NCBI RefSeq assembly: GCF_016432865.1
Contig: NC_067400.1
Location: 556,884,001-556,948,000 of the forward strand
Length of the DNA: 64,000 nucleotides
From: Antechinus flavipes
Lineage: Eukaryota
Direction: 5' to 3'
Shown: in pieces, positions 14,101 through 27,010 of the stretch
Layout: each line of letters starts with the position of its first letter
Numbering within the stretch: position 1 is the stretch's first letter
Made by a program: the position numbers and the translations under genes
The notes under the pieces: generated by a model
Databases searched by the model: none
Seen by the model: the letters and a program-made list of their open reading frames with translations, nothing else
Told to the model about the DNA's origin: nothing

Positions 14101-15672
14101 AGCTCTGGGTCCAATACTGGAAGGAATTTCTGATATGCCCAGAAAAGAATGTTCAAATTTATCTGATTCTTATATCACTTTGGGTTCTTCTGGATAGTAA
14201 AGGAGCTTGAGGGATTAATAAAGTCATTCCATTTTCACAATATGTACCCACTATATATGTGTATATGTATATGTATAAATTATACACATGTACAACTATA
14301 CTAATGATTACTTGAATTAAACATTTTATGCAAAAATTGAAATTTTAAAATGGTGAAATAAACATTAAAAATAATATTTGATCCTGGAGTTAATAGGAAG
14401 CCTCTAGAGTTTATTTGAGTATGGATTGGCATGGTCAGATATATGCTTTATGAAAATGATTCTAATAGCTGTATGGAGTATGATTTGGAGAAGGGAATAA
14501 TAAGATAAGACTGGGAATACAATTAGAAAAGTATTGTTATAGCCCAGGTGACAGGTGATGAGATTTTGGATATAACTCAAGAGAAAAGGGCAGATGCAAA
14601 AAATTTGGGGGGAGGTAAAAACTAGAAGATGTGACATCAGATTAGATTTAAATGAAAATAAATGTTTTACTATTATACTAAGAACCAGTTATTAATTTAT
14701 GATCTATCCTTCTTCTTCCTATTTTGTCAAGATTATACTCCTGAAAAGATGGATCAGTCTATGAAGGTCACGACCAACCCATTAACCATTCTTAGCTTAC
14801 AAGGCATCTGCTTCTTAACTAGTTTGGACTGGGTCCCACTCAAAAGGAATCTGGGTTTTTGTCTACTTTTTAAGTAGAAGACAAACTGAATCAGTCAGTT
14901 TTCTTGGTACCTTTAATGGAGTTTGGGGTGGGGAGCTCACTCATGAAGCAGAAACCAAGCCAAAGACATTATGTTGGGGCCATCAGATTGCTAGGAGGAA
15001 CTAGAGCCTCATGACTGAGTCCCATTTCAGCTGACCTCTCCCCTTCAATGATGAAGTAAATGGTAGGGACTAAGGATGCTTAAACCACTACCTCATTAAG
15101 TATTAACCAATTAGGGTTGAATATTTTTTTTTTTATTAGGAGCACTTTCAATAATGTGCAATGATATTCAATAAAGGAAATAATAATAAAGGAAAACAAA
15201 GGGGCATTAAAGATGCCTGGAGACTCTTTGGTTATCAAGAGAGATCACTTTATTGACTATTGACCTGCTTAATTAATAAATTGGTTTTTAATAGCTGGAA
15301 GCATTGGCTTTCACAATTTTTTTTTGGCAGATCGGTCTACCTGTATGTCTAGAAAGATTATGGGTACTCTAAGATAATAGAGAAATTTAGAAGATGTGTG
15401 GTTATGTGGATGAAAAAATGTTTTAATGAATTGTCTAAGGAAAATCGCAGCCCATTTATGCCTGCTTATCAGAGCAGAGCTATCATGCTGTATCCCTAAA
15501 AATTAAAAATAGGAAGATAAGCATTCTCCCTCATGATTACAGCCCCAAAATGTAAAACAAGCCTTCAGTTAGGTGTCTGTCATATTCATGGGATGATCTG
15601 AGGGCCCAAATGGGGATTGGGGAGGGTTTGGACAGTGGCATTTGTATAGCTACTGTTGTTATCCAGGTTGTG

Positions 15673-15820
15673 TTTTTTTTTTTTCCCCTGAGGCAATTGG
15701 GGTTAAATGACTTGTCCAGGGTCACACAACCAGGAAGTATTAAGTGTCTGAGACCAGATTTGAACTCAGGTCTTCTTGACTTTAGGGTTGGTGCTCTTAT
15801 CTGCACCACCTAACTGCCCC
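15673..15820 (-). mobile_element. WSINE1-type short CORE-SINE
   Basis: Reverse complement: GGGGCAGTTAGGTGG... box B GAGTTCAAATC... core ...CCCCAATTGCCTCAG plus poly-A. Confidence 0.85.
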
Positions 15821-15899
15821 AAGTTATGATCTATCCTTCTTCTTCCTATTTTTTCAAGATTATACTCCTAAAAAGATGGATCAGTCTATGAAGGTCACG

Positions 15900-17260
15900 A
15901 CTGAGGGATAAAAGTAGGTGTGGTTGTATGGGAGAAAACCATAAATGACTATCATGGGGGAGAGAGGAAGTGACTCATCTTCCCACTCAAGAATTGGATG
16001 ATCATATCCTCATTGGGGGCAATTAAGACCCTTTTGAGTGTCAAACTGTAATTAGTTGTAGATCAGTGATTTAGAGCATTGAGCTTAACTTGATTAGATG
16101 AAATTTAATTTTAAATAGTTGAACGTAGTCTTTTAGTCAGAAGCAAAAATTTAGTTGGGGGAGGCACAGTTAAAATAGTTGTTCTAAAAAAGATCTGGGC
16201 AAAAGAAGTAAATGGTTTGTGTCTGTAATGGATAATTTTTCTGTAAAAAATGACTAGCCCCTCTATCACCCTCAAAATTAGCATTCCTTATGCCTGCAGG
16301 CCCATGGGAGCTTTGGAGCCATGTGTGAGGCAGGACTGTATTTTGAGAGGCCAAAGAGTTCCTACCTTTGGTTATGAAACCAGAAGAGCTGATTGCTCAA
16401 AAAATGTTTAAAAATGATTCATAATATCTTCAAATTCTCTTCTTTTTAAGCAGTAACTCATATTGTAACTGTTTTGAGTAACTTACCATAAGGGGGATAG
16501 GAAAAAGCAGCTTGCCCTGTCTCTCATTATGGCTTCTGATGAAATAAACAGACGTTTTCTTCTGTGAGCAATAAGCATATAGTTCCAGTATCCAGTGGGC
16601 ACCAGGGAGCCCAGCAGTCACAAGCAGATACAAGCAACTACAGCAAGATGTCTGGCAAAAGATATCCATCCAATCATAGATACAAAAGGACTTATTTTCC
16701 CATAAGTGTGTGAAAAATTTTATCTGAGATTATCCAATTTTTCTCTTTCCCCAATTCTCCTGTTTTTATTATTCTCCCTTCTCTATGTAAACCTTAGCCT
16801 CACTCTGCTGGAGTAACGTTATGGAAGCCCTTATGAAGGGGCCTTGAAAAATATTAACCTCATTAAATGTCTTTACTAAATTTACAGATGGTCTGAGTTG
16901 AATTCTTTCATAGAAAACTTAGAAACACCCCTGTATCCCAAGCATATAACTTTTAAAGCACATTCTATACTTAAGCAAATTTAAAAGTAAAGACCCCTCT
17001 TTTGTATTTGTTAAAGATCAGCATATTCTTGTTTGGAGTTGGCCTTCTGAGTTTAAGAGATTGGCAGGTCTTGGGTTCTATTGGGTAAGATCTGAATAGT
17101 GAGTGATAGGGACAGAATCCCCAGCAACTATTTCAGAGTTACTGGAGAGAATGGCCACCAAGAGGAAAAATGGACCGAGACTGGCTATTGTACTAGCAGA
17201 CATTTACCTGGAGTTATTTGGACAGTGCAGAATAGAGGTTCCTAATCAAGAATCTTCGAT
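15900..17260 (-). mobile_element. Possible highly decayed class I ERV pol/integrase relic
   Basis: Weak matches only: DW.D.F...YLLV at ~16620-16680 and HTWLQSS at ~16310-16330 resemble the gamma-type IN core order. Many stops and frameshifts. Confidence 0.3.
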
Positions 17261-17263
17261 TTA

Positions 17264-18914
17264 CAAATAAAGGGGGCCTAGCTGTACCAGATCTAAAACT
17301 ATATTACAAAGCAGCAGTCACCAAAACCATTTGGTATTGGCTAAGAAATAGACTAGTTGATCAATGGAATAGGTTAGGTTCACAGGACAAAATAGTCAAT
17401 AACTATAGCAATCTAGTGTTTGACAAACCCAAAGTCCCCAGCTTTTGGAATAAGAATTCACTATTTGACAAAAAATGCTGGGAAATTAGTATGGCAGAAA
17501 CTAGGCATTGACCTATACTTAACACTGTACACCAAGATATGGTCAAAATGGATTCATGATCTAATATAAAGAATGAGATTATAAAGAAATTAGATGAACA
17601 TAAGATAGTTTACCTCTCAAACTTGTCGAGGAGGAAGGAATTTGTGACCAAAGTACAAGAAATCATTATTGATCACAAAATAGAAAATTTTTATTATATT
17701 AAGTTAAAAAGTTTTTGTACAAACAAAACTAATGCAGACAAGATTAGAAGGGAAGCAATAAACTGGGAAAACATTTTTACAGTCAAAGGTTCTGATAAAG
17801 ACTTCATTTTCAAAATATATAGAGAATTGACTCTAATTTTTAAGAAATCAAGCCATTCTGCAATTGATAAATGGTCAAAGGATATGAAAAGATAATTTTC
17901 AAATGAAGAAATTGAAACTATTTCTAGTCATATGAAAAGATGCTCCAAATAATTATTGATCAGAGAAATGCAAATTAAGACAACTCTAAGATACCACTAC
18001 ACACCTCTCAGATTGGCTAAGATGATAAGATAATAGGATAATAAGAAGAAGATAATGACGAATGTTGGAGGGGGTGTGGGAAAACTGGGACACTGATACA
18101 TTGTTGGTGCAATTGTGAATAGATCCAACTATTCTGGAGAGCAATTTGGAACTGTGCTCAAAAAGATATCAAACTGTGCATAACCCTTTGATCCAGCAGT
18201 GTTACTACTGGGTTAATATTCTAAAGAGACCTTAAAGAAGGTTTGTGGCAGCCCTTTTTGTAGTAGCTAGAAACTAGAAATTGAATGGAGACCTATCAAT
18301 TGGAGAATGGCTGAGTAAATTGTGATATATGAATGTTATGGGATATTATTGTTCTGTAAGAAATGACCAGCAGGATGAATATAGAGAGGCTTGGAGAGAC
18401 TTACGTGAACTGATGGTAAGTGAAATGAACAGAACCAGGAGATCATTATACATTTCAACAACAATACTATATGAGGATCAATTCTGATGTATGTGGTTCT
18501 CTTCAACAATGAGATCATCCAAACCAGTTCCAATTGTTCAGTAATGAAGAAAATCAGCTGCACCCAGAGAGAGAACTATGGCAAATAAGTGTGGACCACA
18601 ACATAGCATTTCTACTCTTTCTGTTATTGTTTGTTTGCATTTTTGTTTTCCTTATCAGTTTTTTTTTACCTTCTTTCTAGATCTGATCTTTCTTGAACAG
18701 CAAGATAACTGTATAAATATGTGTAGATATATTGTATTTAACATATATACATATATATGTATATATGTATTTAACATATTTAAATGTATTGGACTACCTG
18801 TCATCTAGGGGAGGGGAGTGGAAGAAAGAAGGGGAAAAGTTGGAATAGAATACAAGGGTCAGTGTTGAAAAACTGCCCATGCATATGTTTTGTAAATTAA
18901 AAGTTATAACAAAA
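17264..18914 (+). mobile_element. 5'-truncated LINE-1 (ORF2 C-terminus, 3'UTR, poly-A)
   Basis: GGL..PDLKLYYKA and YYIKLKSFCT-type ORF2 sequence. TSD aagaatcttcgattta (17248-17263) / aaaaatctttgattta (18915-18930). Confidence 0.92.
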
Positions 18915-20485
18915 AAAAATCTTTGATTTAGATTCAAGGTGAAATGTAAAATGATTAATTAGTAGTCCTCTTAAAAAACCTTCATGTTTTAATGAGATCC
19001 AAATATCAGTTTCCCAAGATACTGTAATAGTAGTCATACCTTAAGTTACTGAGTCATATTTTAAATTGTTCTGTAATGCATACCATACATCTTTTATCAT
19101 CAGCATTTCTTTTATGAGTAGGAATAAAGTACCTGACCCATCTTTGAGTCATACTGTATGCCGAGTACCATTTAGCTTTCTTCCATTTCTGGAGGGAGCC
19201 TTAGAGTTGAATCAAAATATAAGGTAAATCAATTTATCCCTAAGGCAACACTATAATTGTTTAATAAGAGCATAGGAAAAAAAGAGTCTTACCCCCCTAT
19301 TCTTAAAGGCCAGTTTCCCTAAAACTAAATCCAGTCAAATTATCTGAAGGATAGGGCAGGACAATCCCTAAATGGTGAAGAAAATGGTCCCATATTACAG
19401 ACCCTGTGGGTTTAGTGTTAACCAGGAAAGTCTTACTTCATCCAAGGAGCCTTTCCATTTATGATATGTTTGTCAAAAAGTCTTTAATTCTGCTTTTACC
19501 TCTTGGATTTAATTTCCCTGAAACCACACAAAAGAAGTCTGCTAATTTCAATCAGGGTCAAATTCTTTGCCTATATCCTTCAGTTTTGTTTCTCCCATTA
19601 AAGCAATAAAGCTACCTAGCTTAATAAATACTTGTGTTAGCAGAAATAGAGGGAAAGGATGTAGAAAAATTTGCCCAGGTACGCAGCTTACCATATCCAT
19701 ATAGGGAGCCAATTTGTCTTGCATACTTAGCATTATGGTCCCTCCCTCCCTCTGCCCATCCCTCCCCTGCCTCAGATTCTTTGCTATTATCTCAAGTCCA
19801 TCAGGATAACACAACCTTAATAAATGTTTTCTTTGAATCAGAGAATTTTATCATTTGGAGGGACCAAAGAGGTCATCTAGTCCATTTAGAATAATTGACA
19901 TTTACATAGTATTTTAAAATTTATAAAGTGCTTTACACATATTATGTCTTTTCAGCTTTACAATCTTATAAAGCAAATGCCACAAGTATTATGATATCCA
20001 TTTTACAGATAAGGAAACTCAGGTTCAAAATGATAAGTGATTTGTACATGACTGTACAGCTAGGTAGTGTCTGAAGTGATGAATCCATGATGAATCCAAG
20101 TCCATGAATTTTTAATCCCAACAAGGAGACCTCCTGAAAGAGGGAATTTCATTACTCTGGAGATAGCCATTTCATAATGGGATAATTCTAAATTCTTAAG
20201 AAGTTCTCTCTTACATTGAACTGAAATTTGCATCTCTAAAACCTCACACACCCACCAAAATTAGTCCTAATTCTCTCCTCTGGGCTGAACTAGTTAACTT
20301 CCCAGATTTTCTTTCACTTGACCTTTGAAATCCTTGAAAACAGTTTTCATATCCCCTCTAAGTCTTCTCATTCTTAGGACAAAGATATCTAATCTATTCA
20401 GTCAATCTTCACATGCCATAGTCCCCGGTCCTCTCATTATCTTAATAATCTTCTGGTAGACAAGGCAAGTTCCAGTTTCTTTCCA

Positions 20486-21445
20486 TCAGACCTTGATCCT
20501 GAAGAGCATCTTTAGGAGTCTGCGGCGTATTTCCTTTGTCTTGATAGAATAAATAATGGGGTTGAGCATTGGTGGCACAAAGAGATAAAGGACAGACATG
20601 AGGATATGAACTGAGTGGGGAAGACTGCCGCCAAAGCGGTGCACAATGGACACACTCACCATGGGCACATAGAAAATGAGCACAGCACAGATATGCGACA
20701 CACAGGTGTTGAGGGTCTTGAGTCTCTCTTCACGGGAAGCGATAGCCAGGACAGAGCGGAGGATCACAACGTAGGAGAGGAAGATGAGTGCAGAGTCTAG
20801 GCCGAAGGTGAGGAGCACAATGGATAGACCGTAGTGGCTATTGAGGGTGACGTCAGCACACGCCAGCTTGATCATGTCCACATGTAGACAGTAGGCATGA
20901 GAGAGGACATTTCGTGTATGACAGAAAGGTAGTCGCTGAAGGAGTAGGGGGAAGACCAGGATGAGCAGGAAGCTGCGAAGCAGTGTGGCCAACCCCATGG
21001 CCAAAATGCGGGTATTGGTGAGGACTGTGGAATAGCGGAGCGGGTTGCAGATGGCCACGTAACGGTCTAGACTCATGGCCAACAGTATTCCAGATTCTGT
21101 CCAGGAAAAGAGGTGGATAAAGAACATCTGAGCCAGGCAAGCTGCAAATGAAATCTCACGAGCATGGAAGCAGAGAGTAGCAAGGACAGTGGGCAGCGTG
21201 GACAGTGAAACTCCCAGGTCATTAACTGATAGCAAAGACAGAAAATAGTACATAGGTTGGTGCAGACTCTGTTCTTCCTTGACAATGACTAGAATCAAAG
21301 CATTGCCCACAATGGAGATGACATAGAGTAGGAGAAGTGGGATGGCCAACCATGGTTCCATTGCTTCCAGTCCTGGGAATCCCGTTAGGATGAAGCTGGG
21401 AGATCCAGAGATGTTGGTCCTGAGACTGCCCATGAGAGAAAACAT
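20486..21445 (-). CDS. Class I olfactory receptor, OR51 family (OR51K-like paralogue of 10143-11105); likely start at 21445 or 21433, not 21529
   Basis: Full OR motif set. A strong acceptor (tctttttctccattctgtgtcccCAG, CAG at 21476-21478 on minus) lies between the track start at 21529 and MFSL/MGSLRTNIS, so the 347-aa call probably includes intron. This gives 319 or 315 aa. Confidence 0.94.
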   Translation of the reverse strand: MFSLMGSLRTNISGSPSFILTGFPGLEAMEPWLAIPLLLLYVISIVGNALILVIVKEEQSLHQPMYYFLSLLSVNDLGVSLSTLPTVLATLCFHAREISFAACLAQMFFIHLFSWTESGILLAMSLDRYVAICNPLRYSTVLTNTRILAMGLATLLRSFLLILVFPLLLQRLPFCHTRNVLSHAYCLHVDMIKLACADVTLNSHYGLSIVLLTFGLDSALIFLSYVVILRSVLAIASREERLKTLNTCVSHICAVLIFYVPMVSVSIVHRFGGSLPHSVHILMSVLYLFVPPMLNPIIYSIKTKEIRRRLLKMLFRIKV

Positions 21446-21721
21446 GGAGTCTTTGTCAGTGATCAAAGTAACTTTCTGGGGACACAGAATGGAGAAAAAG
21501 ATATCAGAAAAACTGTATTCAAGAAACATAGGTTATCACTGAAAATAAACCAGAAAGTATGGATAATATGTTGGGGTGAAAGTATGTGAGAGAACATATG
21601 TACTCAGGAAGCACAAGACAATCATTAAAGTTCTTTGCATTTTTATTTAGTCATGAATTCACAACTAGTGTGGACAAGAGTATGAGAACCTTTAATGAGG
21701 AATGGAGATAGAATTTCCATG

Positions 21722-21857
21722 CAATGGAAATGCAATAAAGCAGGAAGGGTGGGATGGCCAGCCAGGGTTCCATTGCTTCTAGTCCTGGGAATCCTGTTAG
21801 GATGAAGCTGGGAGAATCTGAGATGTTGGTCCTGAGACTGCCCATGAGAGAAAACAT
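21722..21857 (-). pseudogene. Truncated duplicate of the first ~45 codons of the adjacent OR51 gene
   Basis: MFSLMGSLRTNISDSPSFILTGFPGLEAMEPWLAIP matches the N-terminus of 20486-21445, then runs into non-coding sequence. Part of a ~410-bp tandem duplication (21310-21721 / 21722-22133). Confidence 0.9.
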
Positions 21858-22739
21858 GGAGTCTTTGTCAGTAACCAAAGTAACTTTTTGGGGACACAAA
21901 ATGGAAAAAATGATATCAGACAAATTGCAGTTCAAGAGACAGATTATCATTGAAGATAAACCAGGTGTGGATAGTACATTAGGAGGAAAGAATGTGAGAT
22001 AGCATATATATCCAGGAAGCATAAGACAACCATTAAAGTTCTTTGCATTTTTATTTAGTATGTATTCACAATTAGAGTGGACAAGGGTATAAGTACCTCT
22101 AATGAGGAATAGAAAGAGATTTTCCATGCAATGTGTAGAACAAATACTAGGTTTGGGGTAAGTGAATCTGGGTTCAAGTTTTGGCTGTGCCTTAATATGT
22201 ATATGATTTTGAACAAGGGCTGTCTCTACTCTAGGTCTCAGTTTCATAAAAATGAAGGGGCTGGATTAGATATAAAACAAAAGATTCCTTCTAAATCTAT
22301 GATCTTAAAGCAGAGACCTCCATACATTCATCTGGCTATAATTAAAGACAAAAGTTGAATAAGACAAACTCTCTTAAGCATCTCTATCCCCATAAGGCTT
22401 TCTGCTTGGATCAATGCTATATACACTTACTAAATCCTCACCATTATTTCTCTACCTGATATTCCCCAAACTTTTCATCTGGGACCACTAGAACCTTATT
22501 AATATCCCAGTTTGATAGAGGAGAAAACTGAGGACTGGAAAGGTGTGTCAGTATATTTTGGAAGTCTCACATGGTGTTAGTGGCAAAGTCAGAACTAGAA
22601 CCAAGGTCTCTCTCTTCCCTATCTGAGACTATTTCTATGATTGCCTATATAAGTGTGTTTGCATTTACATAAGTCCCATCTTTTATAGGAAGAGCCCATT
22701 TCCATGGGATGTTCAGTAACTTCCTAACATCTCCAGGAT

Positions 22740-23250
22740 CACATATAGAATCCTGGATTTGACTTTCAAATATTCAAAGTCCTTCATAACCTGTCCTTCC
22801 ATCTTTCTAGGTTTCTCAACCTTTACACATACACTCCCTGTACCTACTTCCTCCCTCCTCCCCGCCCCCATTTGCTGAGATCCAATGATAATGACTTCCT
22901 TGCTATTTTTTAAACAAGAATGCCAGGAAGTTTTTACAGTCTGTCTCCCCTGCTTAGAATTATTCCCTTCTCATCTCTGCTTCTGGCTTCCTCTAGCCTG
23001 CTTTAATTTCCAGCAAACATCCCTCCTTTTTGCAAAAATCTTTTTTTGATCCCTCAAGATTCTAGTCTTCTCTCTATTGATTATTACCAATTTATCTTAT
23101 CTGTGGTTTGCCTGTATATATTTCTTTGCATGTTGTTTCTTCTATTAACCTGAAAATTCCTTGAAATCAGAGACTTTTTTTCTCTCTCTCCAGGTCTTAT
23201 ACAGTGTTTGGTACATAGGAGGTAGACACTTAAATATTTATTGACTGAAT
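22740..23250 (+). mobile_element. LINE-2 3' end relic (others near 48340-48740, 50100-51210, 38990-39560, 14400-14640)
   Basis: L2-like 3' terminus ...cagtg.ttggtacatag...aaatatttattgactgaat. Confidence 0.6.
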
Positions 23251-24905
23251 GTCAATTTTCTAATGTTCTAATTATAGGGTAATGATATGGCAATAGGCTT
23301 ACACTAGTCTTATTCCTGAGGAAAAAGAAGGTAAATTGTGTATTCAAAAAAACAGACTGTGCTGGAGGGTTATAGTATTTAAAGTAGGAAAGGAATTTAG
23401 AGGTCTCCACTACCCTCTTTCTTTCCCTCAATTCTTTTGCAAAAGAGGAAACTGAGTCCCAGAGGGAAAAAAAGAGACTTCCCTGGTGTTTTGATTAGTA
23501 AAGTTTCTGTTATTCTACCTCAATGAAGTTATGGACTCAGGGATCCCAACAATGGAGAGCTATGGGGAAGTTAATATCTAAGATTGTAATATGGAAAGGA
23601 GATAGGATCAGAGGATTAAAGATTTAGAACAGAAAGAGCCTGCAGAAGAACATCTGGCTCAACTACTTCATTTTACATCGAAAGAATCTAATACCTAGAA
23701 AGATTAAGATGTGGCCAAGGTTACATAGATAATAAAAGTTAGAGCTAAGCTTCCATCCACAACCTCTCACTCCAAATCAAGCCCTTGTTTTCACTGGACC
23801 ATAACAAGCAGGATGAGGTCTCTTATCTCTAAGATGCTGCCTCAAAGCAGCTCCTAGAGTCTACCATAGGTGGGGTTTAAAATTCGGCAAAACAAATGGA
23901 GGACTAGTCACCCCTTTTTAGGTTATAGGAGTAATTCTAGATGAGCAGCCAGTTGGTAGTGGACAGTGTTGGAGTCAGGAAAACTAAAGTTCAAGTTTGA
24001 CATTAGACATTTATTAGCTGTGGGACCCTGGGCAAATCACTTAATTTTTCTCCTACTGTTTCCCTATCTGTAAAATGGGCATAACAACACCTATCATTGT
24101 TGTAAGAATAACATGATAACTTTTATAAAGCACTTTATAAACCTTAAAGATCTTCATAAATGCTAGTTATTAATATTATTATTAGTATAATTGTTATTAT
24201 TTTCAACAAGAGTCTAAGCCAAGAGGAAGCCAGAGAAGCTGACATATTCATGTGGGTTGGAGGAGCATTGGTTTTAGACCCAGAAGATTTAGGTTCAAAG
24301 CTTACTCTGCTATTTACTGACCTGTATGTGCCCAGAAATGTCTCTTGGTTGTGTTTTCTTTTTCTTTTCAGTTGTTTATATGTGGGGGGGAATAACAAAA
24401 TTGATTTTTTAAATTAAATTTTAGGAAGCCCCTTAATTGCCATGGTCCTTATTTTCCTCTTCCTTAAATAAAAGAAAATTGGATGGTTTGCCACATTAGT
24501 TCCAATAAAACAGAGCAAAGAGATTGTATTTCTTTCCCAAATCTATGAAGATTTGGTTGGGGAGGATGTTGGGAGAAGATCAAAATATTACTTGCAAAGT
24601 AAATTAAGCAGGAAAACTCTGGGCAAAAGGAAAGCAGGAAGAAACTGTGGATATACACACACATATATGTATGTATATGTATATATTATATATGATAAAA
24701 AAAAGATTATCTAGACAAAGGAATAAAAGTTAAGTCAATCCTGACCTTTAGAATAAAATAAAAATCAACTTTAGAAGTCTAAGATGGAGGAGACATGATT
24801 AAACCTAGATGTACATCTAAAGAAAAAAAGAGAAGGAAAAAATACCGTGGAAAAGTTTTAATGAATTTTAAACTCAGTGACTCAACAATGGAATACAGTA
24901 AGCAA

Positions 24906-24937
<32 letters not shown>

Positions 24938-26739
24938 AAGTTTTAGACTGACTTGAGAGGAAGACTGTCTAGAAAGCAGAATTTGATCACCTATTTTCTT
25001 TACCGATTAAAATGTAACTGGGAAAAGCAGCCAAGATGAAAAGCCTTGAAATTTTACATTAGGAATTTGTGATGTTTAGCTGGAGAAGATTTATATTTTC
25101 AGAGTTGGAAGGAAACTCTGGTGGCCACCTAACCCAATCCATAACCATCAAGTAATCATATTTAATTTTTAATGTGTTTATGTATTTGTGCATTTTATGC
25201 ATTGCAATCAAACAAAAGATGTTATGTTTATAACTATTAGATTTAATCTGGTTAACTTGAATCTATCATTTAAATGTGTCAAAAGATTTTTGATTTCTGG
25301 AAGATATCCTAGAAGAAAATTAAATAAAGCCATATGGAATGATCTGGAGGCCCTTTACCATCTTAATTTCTCTCCTCATGATGATTTCCAACTTATCAAT
25401 GCACATTCTAAAATGCTATGTCTATACTGATAGCAAGACAGCTCTGTTAGATTCTAATCAGTGAAGACTAAAGAAATTACCTCTCTCTCTTGTAAACATT
25501 AATCATTCTTTCTATCTTTGGATCATCTACAAATTTGATAAATAAGAGTAAATAAGCCACTGCTATTATTATCATCTGTCCCATTGCTAAGGATTTAAAA
25601 CTTGAAAAGATTGATGAGATCAACAAGTTCAGCTTCCTTACTTCATACCTAAGTCCCAGAAAAGGCTTAAGTCATATGTACAAAGTCACACAAATAGAAA
25701 GTGACATAGTTGGGATTCTAACATACAATTGGGAGTCTAAACTCAGCATGCTTTCTGATACAGCATGCTAAGTTGCCTTTAAAATATTAAATGGCCCAAG
25801 GCCAAGAGCATAGACTCTCAAGGTACTGAGAGGGTGATAGAAAAGAGGGACTCATTGTATGGCCAAAAGAGAAGGTTATCTGGGGCATAATGAGGGATAA
25901 CAATTGAGAAATAAGATTCTATGTGTGCTATGTGTTCCACACACAGAATATCTAAGGCTCAAATTTTCCCACACATATACAACTCTGTCTTACTGAGTAA
26001 CTCTTTCCCTTCCCTTTCCACAGTTTACTATTTTATTTCCCAAGTTAAAAATCAAATGAAATTTTTTTTCTATATTTAATGTTTGTGTTTCTGGCTATAA
26101 TCAGGAACATGGAATAACCTCATCTAATCCTATTCTCCTTCCAGGGGAGACAATACCTTAATAATAATAAATTTTCATTGTTTTTAAGGTTCTCAAAATA
26201 ATTCATTTATTCTTTATGTTTTCACCAATGGTTTTTAGGTCTAGTACTTCTCATTATCATGAAATTGTATCTGGAGTTTAATCTTAGTTACCTCTGGTTC
26301 TAGATTATGGATGCACACCCTTCTGTCTTTGTCAAAGCAGAATCAAAAGAATAATCCTATAGAGTTCTTTCAGGTCTAAAGTCACTCTGTGATGGTCTAG
26401 AAAAAGGAGGGTTGATTCCCTAACTGGAAGCATGTGAGGAGGGTTAGAGGGAAAAGACCAAGAGGAGAATTCCTGTTAAAGAGACAGAAAAATGTAAGAG
26501 AAAGGACAGGAGGGAAATATTAAAGGTGAAGAAGATCAATACAGTGAGAAGGGGAGAGAGCAGAAGAAAAGGAGGAGAAATGAAGAGGAGACAATAGGAA
26601 GAAAGAGATGGAAGAAAAATGAAGTAAAAAAGAGAAGTCAAAAAGCAAGTTGAAAATGAGAAAAACAAAATGAAAAAGGGATAGAAAACAACTTAAGCAG
26701 AGCTGAGAGATAGGGAAGCCCTCCTCTGGCTTCACAGGT

Positions 26740-27010
26740 CCTGGAATGAAGAACTCACACTGAATCCCAGACATTGCTTTTCCAATGGCAAGGTGGTGGG
26801 GGTGGGAATGGGTGGGTGATGCCGATACCTTGTTTGGGAACTAAATCTTTGGCTTTGTGCTCAAAAAGAAAAGCTTGGTATCTCCTTCCTCAAAGGGATG
26901 AACCTCTGGGGACAGCCTAGTCACTGTGAGGTCCCAGGAGCACTTAGCTGAGGCCTCACCAGGTCTGATGTGTAATTACCAAGAGATTCTGGTAGGGCCT
27001 CCCTAAATTG
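26740..27010 (-). promoter_or_regulatory. Candidate promoter / non-coding exon 1 of the OR51 at 20486-21445
   Basis: Three YYYCARRRR O/E-like sites (26888, 26903, 26932), TAATTA (26973) and a GTGAGT donor (26753-26758, minus), ~5.3 kb upstream of the coding-exon acceptor. Confidence 0.4.

Noticed and set aside
20486-21529. 347-aa OR with an extended N-terminus
   Set aside because: The extension crosses a strong splice acceptor at 21476, so it is probably intron read in frame.
21651-22247. 198-aa ORF
   Set aside because: It is a chance read-through of the duplicated intron and OR 5' fragment; only ~45 codons are OR-like.
24850-24858. AAACTTTTC-type motif of the class I J element (also near 61199)
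   Set aside because: These are isolated single copies without clustering, so a J element cannot be supported here.
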